This document shows positions 50,101 to 60,357 of a stretch of 64,000 nucleotides of DNA, piece after piece. The notes under the pieces are model-generated. The model searched no databases. It was not told the DNA's origin and saw only the letters and a program-made list of their open reading frames with translations. How positions within the stretch are numbered: position 1 is the first letter of the stretch; each line of letters opens with the position of its first letter. The position numbers were made by a program, and so were the translations under genes. Source of the DNA: Candidatus Magasanikiibacteriota bacterium (lineage in GTDB: Bacteria; Patescibacteriota; Patescibacteriia; Magasanikbacterales; GWA2-37-8); assembly GCA_041665405.1 (NCBI GenBank), contig JBAYIZ010000003.1:2589-66588 (forward strand), given 5' to 3'.

Positions 50101-51147
50101 TTATTTAATCTTATCAAATGCCTCCCAAGCGGTATTTTTTATAAAGGCCAATGACCCCCATGGTGAATACTCCCCTACCAATTCCATAAATCCATTACCG
50201 GATACGGAATGAGTACCCACTTTCCCCTCTATCTTTGTCGCACCCTCCCAGTAATTTATTGCATTGAAACCAACTTCTTGATCAGACAAAATTGCTTTCA
50301 CTGTCAGATCAATATTTTCCTCAGGAATTTTTATTTTCCAATCTAAGAAGTATGAGTTACCAGACCGACGACTTTTCCACTTCCTTTTTTCTGCCTTAAT
50401 TTCAATTTTATCGGTATATTTTTGTTTCCCATCTGGATAAATCAACGTAGTATGATAAACACTTTTTACACCAGAGATATATTCAAAACACATCAAATCC
50501 AGACCACTGTCGAGCTGAATACTAAACCAATTCCAACGGTCCTGATTGTAGGTAGTGTCAGCCCATTGATGATCCATCCATGCCTTGCCAGTGACCTGAT
50601 ACAATTTGTCCTTGAACTTCAACGTGCCTTGGGCTGTCAAATCAGTCAATGAATAGTAGTAGGTACTTTTATCGTGTAATTTTAGATAGCCCTTACCGCC
50701 CTCTAATAGTGGCGGTTTGTTGTAAACTAAATTCAAATTCAACGCTTCAGTTTTTAAATTATACTTAAATAACGCGTACTCCTCCAACAAATAATTCACA
50801 TAACCGCCAAACAAAATTGGTTTTGATTCAACTAAAAAATTTATGTTTAATAATTCCTTGGTGAAACTATCACGAGAAATAATACAGTAGGGCGCTACAA
50901 AAGTCTCCTTTTCACCAGTATCTAGATTTGAAATAATAGAGTGAAAGAAGTAAACCGTCTTTACCGGTAGACGACTAAGTAATGGTAGTTTAGATCTTTT
51001 ATTGTCTACCTTGAACAAACAATTCATAAACGAAAACCGCTCTCCTTTTTGTCCGTTTAAAAAACCATTCACATACCACCACTCGACAATATTTTTGTGA
51101 GCTAGTTCATCTTTGGGAAATTGGACTGTACCTGTAAATTTGAGCAT
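50101..51147 (-). CDS. AttH/CrtC-like (hydroxyneurosporene synthase-like, lipocalin-type) protein
   Basis: N-terminal ...HKNIVEWWYVNGFLNGQKGERFSFMNCLF... matches the AttH/CrtC opening (...EWWY.TG.L.....R.GFQ.TFF). Adjacent to an ABC exporter, as in attFGH loci. Confidence 0.5.
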   Translation of the reverse strand: MLKFTGTVQFPKDELAHKNIVEWWYVNGFLNGQKGERFSFMNCLFKVDNKRSKLPLLSRLPVKTVYFFHSIISNLDTGEKETFVAPYCIISRDSFTKELLNINFLVESKPILFGGYVNYLLEEYALFKYNLKTEALNLNLVYNKPPLLEGGKGYLKLHDKSTYYYSLTDLTAQGTLKFKDKLYQVTGKAWMDHQWADTTYNQDRWNWFSIQLDSGLDLMCFEYISGVKSVYHTTLIYPDGKQKYTDKIEIKAEKRKWKSRRSGNSYFLDWKIKIPEENIDLTVKAILSDQEVGFNAINYWEGATKIEGKVGTHSVSGNGFMELVGEYSPWGSLAFIKNTAWEAFDKIK

Positions 51148-51284
51148 AATATATTTTTTTTAGCTTGCAATTATTATACCAAAAAAAGATGCTTTTGGCG
51201 AGTTAAAACAATAATAAACGAATCTAGAATAGAAAACAAGTGTAAAAAAACAATCTTGACAGTTTATATCAATGTGTTATTATA

Positions 51285-51311
51285 TTATCACTCTCTACCG
51301 CAGAGTGCTAA
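51285..51311 (+). promoter_or_regulatory. CIRCE-like HrcA operator (TTATCACTC-N9-GAGTGCTAA) in the clpB leader, preceded by a sigma70-like promoter (TTGACA at 51256)
   Basis: Read directly: ttatcactc tctaccgca gagtgctaa versus consensus TTAGCACTC-N9-GAGTGCTAA (1 mismatch). TTGACA lies at 51256-51261, about 16-17 nt upstream of a TATTAT -10 hexamer. Confidence 0.6.
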
Positions 51312-51328
51312 ACATAAATATTTCTTCT

Positions 51329-53962
51329 ATGACTCCTCAAAATTTTACCAACAAATCACAAGAACTAATCCAAAAAGCGGCTCAAATTGCCACCCAAAAC
51401 GGTCAACCGCAGGTGGAACCCCCTCACCTATTTTTCGCGATGCTCGAGGATGAAGAAGGCATAGCCGCCTCAGTTATAATGAAGATAGGTGCCAAGTTGA
51501 TCACTCTTCGTGCTCAAGCCCAACTTCTTATAGATCAACTTCCAAAACAAACTAGTACATCCCCTGGCTTTACAGGTCAAATTATGCTTGGCCAAGCCAT
51601 GATGCACATTTTCCAAACAGCTGGTAACGAGGCTCAAAAAATGGGAGATGAATATATTAGTGTTGAACACATTTTTTTAGCATTGATGGTTTCTCGCAAC
51701 CCTATTAGTGATACTTTACAAAAAGAAGGTGTCTCTTACGATATTGCTCTCAAGGCATTGGCCGAAATCCGTGGTACTCAAAAAGTGGATTCTCCTGAAC
51801 CAGAAGCTAAATACAACGCTTTGGAAAAGTACGGTAAAAATTTAACTGACCTAGCGCGCAAAGAAAAGATTGATCCAGTGATTGGACGTGACGACGAGAT
51901 TCGTCGTGTTATGCAAATTTTAACTCGTCGTACCAAAAATAACCCTGTATTGATTGGCGAACCGGGTACTGGTAAAACTGCGGTGGTAGAAGGCTTGGCT
52001 CAACGCATAGTCAATGGCGACGTTCCAGAATCACTCAAAGATAAAGAAATTTTTGCCTTAGACATTGGGTCACTTTTGGCAGGTACAAAATTTCGTGGTG
52101 AATTTGAAGAACGCCTAAAAGCAGTGCTAAAAGAAATTGATGCTTCGGCTGGGAAATTTATTTTATTTATTGATGAGCTCCATACTATTGTAGGAGCTGG
52201 TGCTTCCGAGGGTTCGATGGATGCCTCCAACATGTTAAAACCAATGTTAGCGCGTGGTGAATTACATGCCGTTGGAGCTACTACATTGAAAGAATATCAA
52301 AAATATATTGAAAAAGATGCGGCCTTGGAACGCCGTTTTCAGCCGGTGATGGTCAAAGAACCTTCATTAGATGACGCCATCGCCATCTTGCGTGGTATCA
52401 AAGACAAATACGAAGTGCATCACGGTGTACGCATTACAGACGCCGCTATTATTGCATCAGTAAAATTATCAGACCGCTATCTGACCGATCGATTTTTGCC
52501 AGACAAAGCTATCGACCTCATGGATGAAGCCGCTAGTGCTTTGCGTTTGGAAATAAATTCAATGCCGGAAGAATTGGATAAAATGAAACGTCAGATGATC
52601 AAATTTGAAATTGAAAAACGTGCTTTAAAAAAAGAGACTGATCTTGAATCAAAAGAACGATTAGCAAAACTTGAAAAAGATTTGGCCGAATTAAAAGAAC
52701 AAAGTGGTGAACTAGAAGCCAAATGGAATAATGAAAAAGAAATCATTACCAAAATTCATTCCAAGAAAAAAGAAATCGACACTCTAAAACAACAAGCCGA
52801 AATCGAAGAGCGCCGTGGCGACTTACAAAAGGTGGCCGAAATTCGTTATGGTCGCATTCCAAATTTGGAGGGTGAAATAAAAAATGACGAACGTAAACTG
52901 GCCGATATCCAAAAAACTCATGGCATTCTAAAAGAAGAAGTTACCGACCAAGACATCGCTACTATTGTGGCTCGTTGGACTGGCATCCCAGTTTCCAAAA
53001 TGTTGCAAGGTGAAAGTGAGAGATTGACCAAAATGGAAGAAGTGTTGAGTCGACGAGTGGTTGGACAAGATGAAGCTATAAAAGCCGTTTCTAATGCAAT
53101 CCGACGCTCTCGAGCCGGCATTGCTGAGCCCAACCGCCCTATTGGATCATTCATATTTTTGGGTCCTACCGGTGTTGGTAAGACTGAATTAGCCAAAGCC
53201 TTAGCAGAATTTATGTTTGATACCGATGAAGCGCTAGTGCGTATTGATATGAGCGAATACACGGAGAAACACAGTACCTCAAAAATGCTAGGCTCCCCTC
53301 CTGGATATGTTGGTTATGAAGAAGGCGGACAACTTACCGAGATTATTCGTCGCCGTCCATATGCGGTATTACTGTTTGATGAAATTGAAAAAGCTCATCC
53401 AGATGTTTTTAATATTTTATTGCAAATTTTGGATGAAGGTCATGTGAAAGATGCCAAAGGACGTTTGGTAAACTTCAAAAATACTGTTATTATCTTGACC
53501 AGTAATATCGGCAGTCAGATGATTTTGAATCTCAACAAACATGGTGAATTTGGCTTTGATTCTGGATCCACAAAAACTGTGAAGACCAAGGAAAAAAGCA
53601 TGCGAGAAAAAATTATGGGTACTCTACACGAACATTTCAAACCAGAATTTTTGAATCGCTTGGATGAAATTATTATTTTCCATTCATTAAACGAAAAACA
53701 AGTCGCGCAAATTGTAGAATTACAACTTGAAAAGATACAAACCCGTCTACAGGAAAAGAAAATTATTCTAGATATTGACCCATCTGTAAAGAAACATATC
53801 GCCTCGGTCGGCTATGAACCCACCTATGGTGCAAGACCTATCAAAAGAGTAATTCAAAATGAAATACTAGACGAATTATCTCTACATATAATCGACGGAA
53901 AAATAAAGGATGGACAAACGGTCAAAGTTCAAATGGATAAAGGCAAAATCACCTTTAAATAA
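51329..53962 (+). CDS. clpB: ATP-dependent chaperone ClpB
   Basis: Two AAA+ modules ([16 protein letters not shown]), a long middle coiled-coil, and the ClpB N-domain. Start taken at MTPQNF; the upstream in-frame ATG would overlap the CIRCE element. Confidence 0.95.
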   Translation: MTPQNFTNKSQELIQKAAQIATQNGQPQVEPPHLFFAMLEDEEGIAASVIMKIGAKLITLRAQAQLLIDQLPKQTSTSPGFTGQIMLGQAMMHIFQTAGNEAQKMGDEYISVEHIFLALMVSRNPISDTLQKEGVSYDIALKALAEIRGTQKVDSPEPEAKYNALEKYGKNLTDLARKEKIDPVIGRDDEIRRVMQILTRRTKNNPVLIGEPGTGKTAVVEGLAQRIVNGDVPESLKDKEIFALDIGSLLAGTKFRGEFEERLKAVLKEIDASAGKFILFIDELHTIVGAGASEGSMDASNMLKPMLARGELHAVGATTLKEYQKYIEKDAALERRFQPVMVKEPSLDDAIAILRGIKDKYEVHHGVRITDAAIIASVKLSDRYLTDRFLPDKAIDLMDEAASALRLEINSMPEELDKMKRQMIKFEIEKRALKKETDLESKERLAKLEKDLAELKEQSGELEAKWNNEKEIITKIHSKKKEIDTLKQQAEIEERRGDLQKVAEIRYGRIPNLEGEIKNDERKLADIQKTHGILKEEVTDQDIATIVARWTGIPVSKMLQGESERLTKMEEVLSRRVVGQDEAIKAVSNAIRRSRAGIAEPNRPIGSFIFLGPTGVGKTELAKALAEFMFDTDEALVRIDMSEYTEKHSTSKMLGSPPGYVGYEEGGQLTEIIRRRPYAVLLFDEIEKAHPDVFNILLQILDEGHVKDAKGRLVNFKNTVIILTSNIGSQMILNLNKHGEFGFDSGSTKTVKTKEKSMREKIMGTLHEHFKPEFLNRLDEIIIFHSLNEKQVAQIVELQLEKIQTRLQEKKIILDIDPSVKKHIASVGYEPTYGARPIKRVIQNEILDELSLHIIDGKIKDGQTVKVQMDKGKITFK

Positions 53963-53967
53963 GTACT

Positions 53968-54002
53968 TTTAACCTCTCACAGAAAATGGGAGGTTTTTTG
54001 TT
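53968..54002 (+). terminator. rho-independent terminator after clpB
   Basis: CCTCTCACagaaaatGGGAGG followed by TTTTTTG. Confidence 0.7.
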
Positions 54003-54055
54003 GTTCACATAATTAATATGTGATATAATGTACTCATTCTAAAGCATTATAAGTT

Positions 54056-56266
54056 ATGAAAAATAAACTGACTATTTTGTTGTTATTGGGCCTATTTTTA
54101 TGGCCAACCCTATCTTTGGCACAAGCCGAATTCAACCCTCATTTTATTATTTCAGACAATGAGATGTTTGACTATCAAGGTTGGATGATTTCTGATATTC
54201 AAAAATTTTTGGATGATCGCAGTAGCTTTTTGGCCAAATACCAAACCGAAGATATTAATGGCTACATGCGAACTGCGGCTGGTATTATTTTTGATGCTTC
54301 ACAATCTTATCAGGTCAATCCAAAATATTTATTAGTAACTCTACAAAAAGAACAGAGTTTAATAACTGATGACGCCCCCGCTCAAAAACAACTAGACTGG
54401 GCAACAGGGTATGCAGTTTGTGACAGTTGCGACCGTGCCGATCCAAAAGTCGCCAAACACAAAGGTTTTGCCAAACAAGTAGATGATGCCGCTGGTATTA
54501 TGCGTTGGTATTATGATAACAAAGACATTAACTCTATTATCAAAAAGAAGGATTCTCTTTTATCTATCGACAACACTCCAGTGACACCGCAAAGTTGGGC
54601 GACCGCCTTCCTATATACATATACTCCCCATTTGCATGGCAACCAAAATTTTTGGCGCATTTGGCAGACTTGGTTTAGTCAAAACTACCCCAATGGAACA
54701 TTGGTTAAAGTTAGCAATTCTACTTCTACTGATGTTTGGCTGATTCAAGATGGGAAAAAACGCAAATTCGAAAGTATAGCCGTGTTGATTTCTCGTGCCG
54801 ACCCAAAAATGGTAGTAACTGTACCAGAATCTGAACTTACAAACTATGAAGCCGGTCCAGATATTTCTTTACCAAATTATTCTATTTTAAAAACTGAAGA
54901 AAATAAATATTATTTATTGGACTACGACATGCTACGCCCGTTTGAATCAGAAGCCACCGTGCGCCAAATCGGTTATTACCCCGATGAAACTGTCGAAGTG
55001 TCAACAGCTGATCTGTCTGGCTACTCTATCGGTCCTCTAATCACTGTTTCCTCGACTGCACCGGCTGGGGTGATATACCAAATTACTGATCTAGATAATA
55101 AATTATATTTTTTAAAGGATAATAATTTTTATCCTATTATTGATAAGAACCTTTTAGCCGCTAACTATAAAAATATACCGATTGAAAAACATAAGAAAAA
55201 AGAATTGTCAAAATATCCGATTGTTTATGCGACACCAATTATTAAAGATGGGTTGTTGTTGAAGGATAAAGATTATGCGCAAGTATATGTTATCGAACAA
55301 GGGAAAAAACGCCTACTGGCTGACTCAGATACTTTTAATGCGATGGGGTATAAAAAGCAAAATATTATTAATGTAGGTTTCCAAACATTAATGATGTTGC
55401 CTGATGGTGAAAAAATATTTTTAAACTCAAATTTGATAAATTCCAAAGACAAATTTCTGGGTGATTCAGAAATGTTGGTAAAAGATTTATACAATTCAAA
55501 ATTACCTGCTTATTTGGTTGCAGAATATCCAAGCGGACGAATAGTTACTGGCAAAGATATTGACACCAAACGTCCAATGGCCTCCCTAACCAAATTGATC
55601 ACTGCCCTATCTGTGATAAATCAAAAGTATAAACCAGATGCTGTGATTACTTATAGTAGCAAAAAATATGGCGTTGAAGGTGGCAATTTGGCCATCAAGG
55701 ACGGAGAAAAAATTAAAGGCAAAGACGCTTTTTATGCTATGTTGGTGGGGTCAGCCAATAATACTTCTCGCATGCTAGCCCAGAATGTTGGTCTAGATGA
55801 AAAAAGTTTTATTGAACAGATGAATATTGATCTTGATACTTGGGGGATGGACAACACGCAGGCGGCTGATGTTACTGGTCTTGATGAAAATAATGTTTCA
55901 ACTCCACGCGATCTTTTAAAAATTTTTATCAAGGCGTTTAAAAACGAAACGATAAAAACTGCTATTGGGCAAACTTCATATACTTTTAAGGAAGTGTTGA
56001 ACAAAGATAAAATTAGCACTCACACCATAAAAAATTCCAATAAGCTGGTGGAAAAAGCTGGCAAAAACTATACCATCCAAGCCAGCAAAACCGGTTATAC
56101 AGTAGAAGCGGGGTCAAACTTAATTATGTTATTTAAAAACAACAAAGACAAAAAACAATATGTAATTATTACTATGGGAAATCCAGATTATATCAACCGC
56201 TTTGTCGAACCAAACAAAGTGGCTGAATGGATCGCATCTCCAAAAACAATACTTGCTACTCCTTAA
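54056..56266 (+). CDS. secreted protein with C-terminal D-alanyl-D-alanine carboxypeptidase (peptidase S11/PBP5-like) domain and a large N-terminal extension
   Basis: Signal peptide LTILLLLGLFLWPTLSLAQA. The C-terminal ~250 aa carry ASLTKL (SxxK), GSANN (SxN) and SKTGYT (KTG). Confidence 0.7.
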   Translation: MKNKLTILLLLGLFLWPTLSLAQAEFNPHFIISDNEMFDYQGWMISDIQKFLDDRSSFLAKYQTEDINGYMRTAAGIIFDASQSYQVNPKYLLVTLQKEQSLITDDAPAQKQLDWATGYAVCDSCDRADPKVAKHKGFAKQVDDAAGIMRWYYDNKDINSIIKKKDSLLSIDNTPVTPQSWATAFLYTYTPHLHGNQNFWRIWQTWFSQNYPNGTLVKVSNSTSTDVWLIQDGKKRKFESIAVLISRADPKMVVTVPESELTNYEAGPDISLPNYSILKTEENKYYLLDYDMLRPFESEATVRQIGYYPDETVEVSTADLSGYSIGPLITVSSTAPAGVIYQITDLDNKLYFLKDNNFYPIIDKNLLAANYKNIPIEKHKKKELSKYPIVYATPIIKDGLLLKDKDYAQVYVIEQGKKRLLADSDTFNAMGYKKQNIINVGFQTLMMLPDGEKIFLNSNLINSKDKFLGDSEMLVKDLYNSKLPAYLVAEYPSGRIVTGKDIDTKRPMASLTKLITALSVINQKYKPDAVITYSSKKYGVEGGNLAIKDGEKIKGKDAFYAMLVGSANNTSRMLAQNVGLDEKSFIEQMNIDLDTWGMDNTQAADVTGLDENNVSTPRDLLKIFIKAFKNETIKTAIGQTSYTFKEVLNKDKISTHTIKNSNKLVEKAGKNYTIQASKTGYTVEAGSNLIMLFKNNKDKKQYVIITMGNPDYINRFVEPNKVAEWIASPKTILATP

Positions 56267-56283
56267 TTTATTAACTAAACCAT

Positions 56284-57075
56284 ATGTCGCTAGTTTTCGC
56301 GGCAATCACTCCACACCCTCCATTATTAATTCCTAGTATTGGAAAAGATATAATAAAAAAATTGGATAAAACAAAAACTGCGATGGAAAAAATGGAAGAG
56401 GAATTATATTTATCCAAACCAGATATTATAATTATTATTTCCGCACATGGTAGTTATTTTTCTGATGCTTTTACTATCAACGTCAGCCCTGAATATCATA
56501 CAGATTTAAAAGAATTTGGCGACATAACTACGAAGTTAAACTTTAAGGGTGAAATGAATCTATCTTCGGAAATTCGAGAAAGAACTAAGGAACAAAAAAT
56601 TTCTACCACCATGATTACTGAACCAACTTTGGATCATGGTAGTGCAGTACCACTTTTTTATCTCTCTCAACATTTACCTGATGTCAAAATAATTCAAATG
56701 GGTTTTTGCGATTTGGATTGGAAAACACATTTAGATTTTGGCTATCTAATAAAAGAAAAAATTCTTGATACTAACAAACGTGTAGCTGTAATCGCTTCTG
56801 GAGATTTATCGCACGCTCTTACCACCGACTCTCCAGCCGGATTCAACCCAGCAGGTATAAAATTTGATATAAAAATTCAAGAGCTGCTAGCAAATAAAAA
56901 TATTGCTGGAATGTTACAACTAGAACCAAATCTGGTGAAAGAAGCCTCCGAATGTGGTTTCCGAACATTTTTGATCCTTATGGGAGTATTGCAAGATATA
57001 AATTATACTTACCGCCAACATTCCTACGAAGCACCATTTGGGGTTGGATATTTAACAGCCAACTTCATTATCTAA
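56284..57075 (+). CDS. class III extradiol dioxygenase (LigB)/MEMO1-like family protein (tentative)
   Basis: The IIIISAHGSYF segment resembles the LigB-family V-SAHW motif, and the N-terminal AAITPHPPLLIP is typical of this fold. 263 aa. Confidence 0.4.
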   Translation: MSLVFAAITPHPPLLIPSIGKDIIKKLDKTKTAMEKMEEELYLSKPDIIIIISAHGSYFSDAFTINVSPEYHTDLKEFGDITTKLNFKGEMNLSSEIRERTKEQKISTTMITEPTLDHGSAVPLFYLSQHLPDVKIIQMGFCDLDWKTHLDFGYLIKEKILDTNKRVAVIASGDLSHALTTDSPAGFNPAGIKFDIKIQELLANKNIAGMLQLEPNLVKEASECGFRTFLILMGVLQDINYTYRQHSYEAPFGVGYLTANFII

Positions 57076-57081
57076 TTAGTT

Positions 57082-58935
57082 ATGATTGCTAAAGTTGCAC
57101 CGATTCGCCGCATGCCAAAAAAAATATCTGAATTGGATTATTTGGTACCACCTCAATTTCATAAATCCATCACAGTTGGTCAATTGGTAAATATCCCCTT
57201 TCGCAATCGCCTAATATACGGAATGATTACGGAATTTAAGGAAAATGAAACTGAGGAAGCTCGCGGAAAATTAAAGTCAATTGAAAATATTGTTTGGGAA
57301 AATTCCGCTCTCACCCTAAAACAGTTGAGTTTTGTTATTGAAATTAGTGAATTTTATAACACTCCACTTGGGTTTGTATTACAAAGTTGTTTACCTCCAT
57401 TAAAGAAAACTAAAATAAAGAAAATCCAAATACAAAATGCCGACCTCATGAAACCGGCCGTTCGAAAAAAACCGGAAATAAAATTGTATTGCAATAAAAA
57501 TGGAAGAAATAAACTTTTGGAAAAGTTGATTTCCTCTACTGGACAAACATTGATTTTGGTTCCTGAAACAAGCGCAATTTCAGAAATTCTTTTACCACCA
57601 GAAACTCATCCGACAATTATCAATGCCGAGTTATCGGAAAAAGAAATTTTTGATTTGTGGTTCAAAATTCGTTCCGAAGAAATCAAGATTGTAATAGGTA
57701 CAAGACGAGCGCTATTTATGCCGTGGAGCAATCTACAAACCATCATCGTGGATGATGAAGCCAATCCCAATCATAAAAGCTGGGATATGGCTCCACGCAT
57801 TCAAACACGCGAAGCCGCAATGATGCTCGCTCATGCACATGGTGCTCAATGTTTTCTGACTACCCATACGCCGAGTGTAGAAAGTTGGTACTTTGCTCAA
57901 CACAATGTATATAATAACCACGAAGAAGTTTCCGCTCTTGATCCAAAAGTTGAAATCATCGACATGCAAGAAGAACGTCGTGGACGTAATTATGGATTTT
58001 TGAGTCTCGATTTGGAGGACGCGATAAAACAGGATGGTCCTGGAGATATATTTTTGTTTTTAAACCGTAAAGGAAGTAGCGCTTATGTCGGCTGTCGTGA
58101 TTGTGGATATGTAGCCAAATGTTCCCAATGCTCTCGAGGTTTGGTTTATCATGAAAACACTTCCACGCTTGATTGCCATTTTTGCAATTTGAAAATTAAA
58201 ATGTATTTGGTTTGTCCCAAATGTCATGGTGCCAATATGATAATGTACGGGGTGGGCACACAATCTTTGGAAAAAGAATTACTCAAATCAAATCATTTAA
58301 ACAAAAAAATCATTCGAATTGATAGCGACACTGTTTCTATTTATGACAAAAGTTTTTCAGGTGATAAAATAATTATCGGCACCCAAATCGCTTGGGATAA
58401 AATTGATTGGAGTAAAATAAAGATGATGTCTTTTATTGACGCAGACAGTTCCTTATTTATTCCGGAATATAAGATGGCTGAAAACTTGTGGGGGCAATTA
58501 CGCGACGCTCAATATCATTTGGATCCGGAAGCACGCCTATTAATTCAAACAGGGCATGCCGATCATCATATTTTTTCGAGTTTAATGCATCCACAAAGTT
58601 TTTATGATAAAGAGTTACAAGAACGTAAATTATTCGGTTATCCGCCCTTTAGTTACCTAGTACGCCTATATAATGGTGAGAAGACCCTAGAACAGTCCAA
58701 AATAGCCGCTAACAACCTGTTTCTTCACCTCCAGAGCTTGACTAAAGACCGTCATGATATTACAATATCCAATCCGTTGCCGTTTTCACCCAGTTATACC
58801 AAAGGACTGCATTGGCACGGAATTGTAGTCAAAATCAGTTTTGAAAAATATAAACAACTTACCAAATTTTTGGCTGAAAATATACCAGAAAATTGGAAAT
58901 TCGACCCTAATCCAAATAATCTTTTATCTTTTTAA
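57082..58935 (+). CDS. priA: primosomal protein N' (PriA)-like protein with degenerate helicase motifs
   Basis: PriA zinc-binding cysteine cluster CRDCGYVAKCSQCSRGLVYHENTSTLDCHFCN...CPKCHG. The N-terminal 3'-binding-like region is present. The expected Walker A GxTGSGKT is replaced by ISSTGQTLILVPE, and DEEH by DDEAN. Confidence 0.7.
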   Translation: MIAKVAPIRRMPKKISELDYLVPPQFHKSITVGQLVNIPFRNRLIYGMITEFKENETEEARGKLKSIENIVWENSALTLKQLSFVIEISEFYNTPLGFVLQSCLPPLKKTKIKKIQIQNADLMKPAVRKKPEIKLYCNKNGRNKLLEKLISSTGQTLILVPETSAISEILLPPETHPTIINAELSEKEIFDLWFKIRSEEIKIVIGTRRALFMPWSNLQTIIVDDEANPNHKSWDMAPRIQTREAAMMLAHAHGAQCFLTTHTPSVESWYFAQHNVYNNHEEVSALDPKVEIIDMQEERRGRNYGFLSLDLEDAIKQDGPGDIFLFLNRKGSSAYVGCRDCGYVAKCSQCSRGLVYHENTSTLDCHFCNLKIKMYLVCPKCHGANMIMYGVGTQSLEKELLKSNHLNKKIIRIDSDTVSIYDKSFSGDKIIIGTQIAWDKIDWSKIKMMSFIDADSSLFIPEYKMAENLWGQLRDAQYHLDPEARLLIQTGHADHHIFSSLMHPQSFYDKELQERKLFGYPPFSYLVRLYNGEKTLEQSKIAANNLFLHLQSLTKDRHDITISNPLPFSPSYTKGLHWHGIVVKISFEKYKQLTKFLAENIPENWKFDPNPNNLLSF

Positions 58936-58936
58936 T

Positions 58937-59437
58937 ATGTTGTTAGAAGTCACTTTAGAACCAAATCCAATATTACACAAAAAAGGTCGCGAACTTACCG
59001 TGGCTGAATTGAGTACTCCAGAAATGAAAAAATTGATTAAGGACATGGCAGAAACAATGTATAAGAAAGATGGCGTGGGTATCGCCGCCCCTCAGGTTAA
59101 TAAATCTCTACAACTTTGTGTAATAGCAAAAAAGTTTTCTCCACTTGATAAAGATAATGATTTAGTCCTTGTTAATCCAACCTGGAAAAAGATTGCCATT
59201 TCAAAAGCATGGGATTCCGAAGGTTGTTTGTCTGTACCGGAAGTTTATGGAGAAGTTAAACGTTATACCAAAATTAAGGTTCAGGCTTTAAATCAATTCG
59301 GAGAAAAAATTGAATTTACAGCCCTAGATTATCCGGCTCGCATCATTCAGCATGAAATAGACCACCTCAATGGTACACTGTTTATTGAAAAGGCAAGGAA
59401 ATTACAAAAAATAAAATTATCCGAACAAGAATTGTAA
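58937..59437 (+). CDS. def: peptide deformylase
   Basis: Motifs GVGIAAPQV, EGCLSVP and QHEIDHLNG. Start taken at MLLEVTLEPNP; the upstream in-frame ATG overlaps priA. Confidence 0.92.
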   Translation: MLLEVTLEPNPILHKKGRELTVAELSTPEMKKLIKDMAETMYKKDGVGIAAPQVNKSLQLCVIAKKFSPLDKDNDLVLVNPTWKKIAISKAWDSEGCLSVPEVYGEVKRYTKIKVQALNQFGEKIEFTALDYPARIIQHEIDHLNGTLFIEKARKLQKIKLSEQEL

Positions 59438-59439
59438 TT

Positions 59440-60339
59440 ATGATTTCTGCTGTCTATTTTGGAACACACCATTTTTCTGCACATATTTTGGAATCTCTAA
59501 TAAAGAGTGGTATTTTTGATATCAAATTAGTAATTACTCAACCAGATCGCCCAGTGGGTAGAAAAAAAGAAATTCAAGCTTCTCCGGTAAAAGCGATAGC
59601 CCAAAAATATAATTTAAAAATTGAACAACCAGAAACTTTAAAAGGTTATGCTCTTTCTGAAAGTGCCGACTTCAATATTACATGCCAATATGGATTGATT
59701 ATTCCCAAAGCCATTTTAGAGACAGCAAAACATGCTTCTATAAATGTCCACACCTCACTACTACCGAAATATCGTGGCGCCTCCCCTATCCAATCTGCAT
59801 TAATCAATGGAGAAAAAGAAACTGGAATAACGATAATGATGATGGACGAAAAAATGGATCATGGTGATATTTTGAGACAAGAAAGAGTTAATATCGACTC
59901 AAACGATACTTATGCAGAATTAAATGAAAAATTGCTAGCTATTGCCCCACAGTTATTAATACAAACTGTTTCCGATTATGTGGAGGGAAAAATCACACCA
60001 CAGATTCAAAATCACGATGAGGCTACCTTTTGTAAAGAGTTCACTCGTGAAGATGGCAAGATAGATTGGAATAAAACTGGTGAACAAATTTATAATCTAT
60101 ATCGTGGTTTAACTCCTTGGCCAGGTATCTGGGCTGAATACGACGGAAAACGTCTGAAACTGTTGGAAATAAAACCAACCAGTGTACACGTTGAACAAGG
60201 AAAAATCACACCTCAACAAGACAAACTGTTGGCTGGTTGTGGTCAAAACACTGCTATTGAAATCATAAAAATTCAATTAGAAGGAAAAAATTCAATGAAC
60301 GCCAAAGAGTTTATCAACGGTTTTAAAAATATTTTATAG
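59440..60339 (+). CDS. fmt: methionyl-tRNA formyltransferase
   Basis: Formyltransferase N-domain with ...NVHTSLLPKYRGASPIQSALINGE... and the C-terminal fmt beta-barrel domain. It follows def as in the canonical def-fmt pair. Confidence 0.92.
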   Translation: MISAVYFGTHHFSAHILESLIKSGIFDIKLVITQPDRPVGRKKEIQASPVKAIAQKYNLKIEQPETLKGYALSESADFNITCQYGLIIPKAILETAKHASINVHTSLLPKYRGASPIQSALINGEKETGITIMMMDEKMDHGDILRQERVNIDSNDTYAELNEKLLAIAPQLLIQTVSDYVEGKITPQIQNHDEATFCKEFTREDGKIDWNKTGEQIYNLYRGLTPWPGIWAEYDGKRLKLLEIKPTSVHVEQGKITPQQDKLLAGCGQNTAIEIIKIQLEGKNSMNAKEFINGFKNIL

Positions 60340-60357
60340 TTATTAAATTTCAAAACA

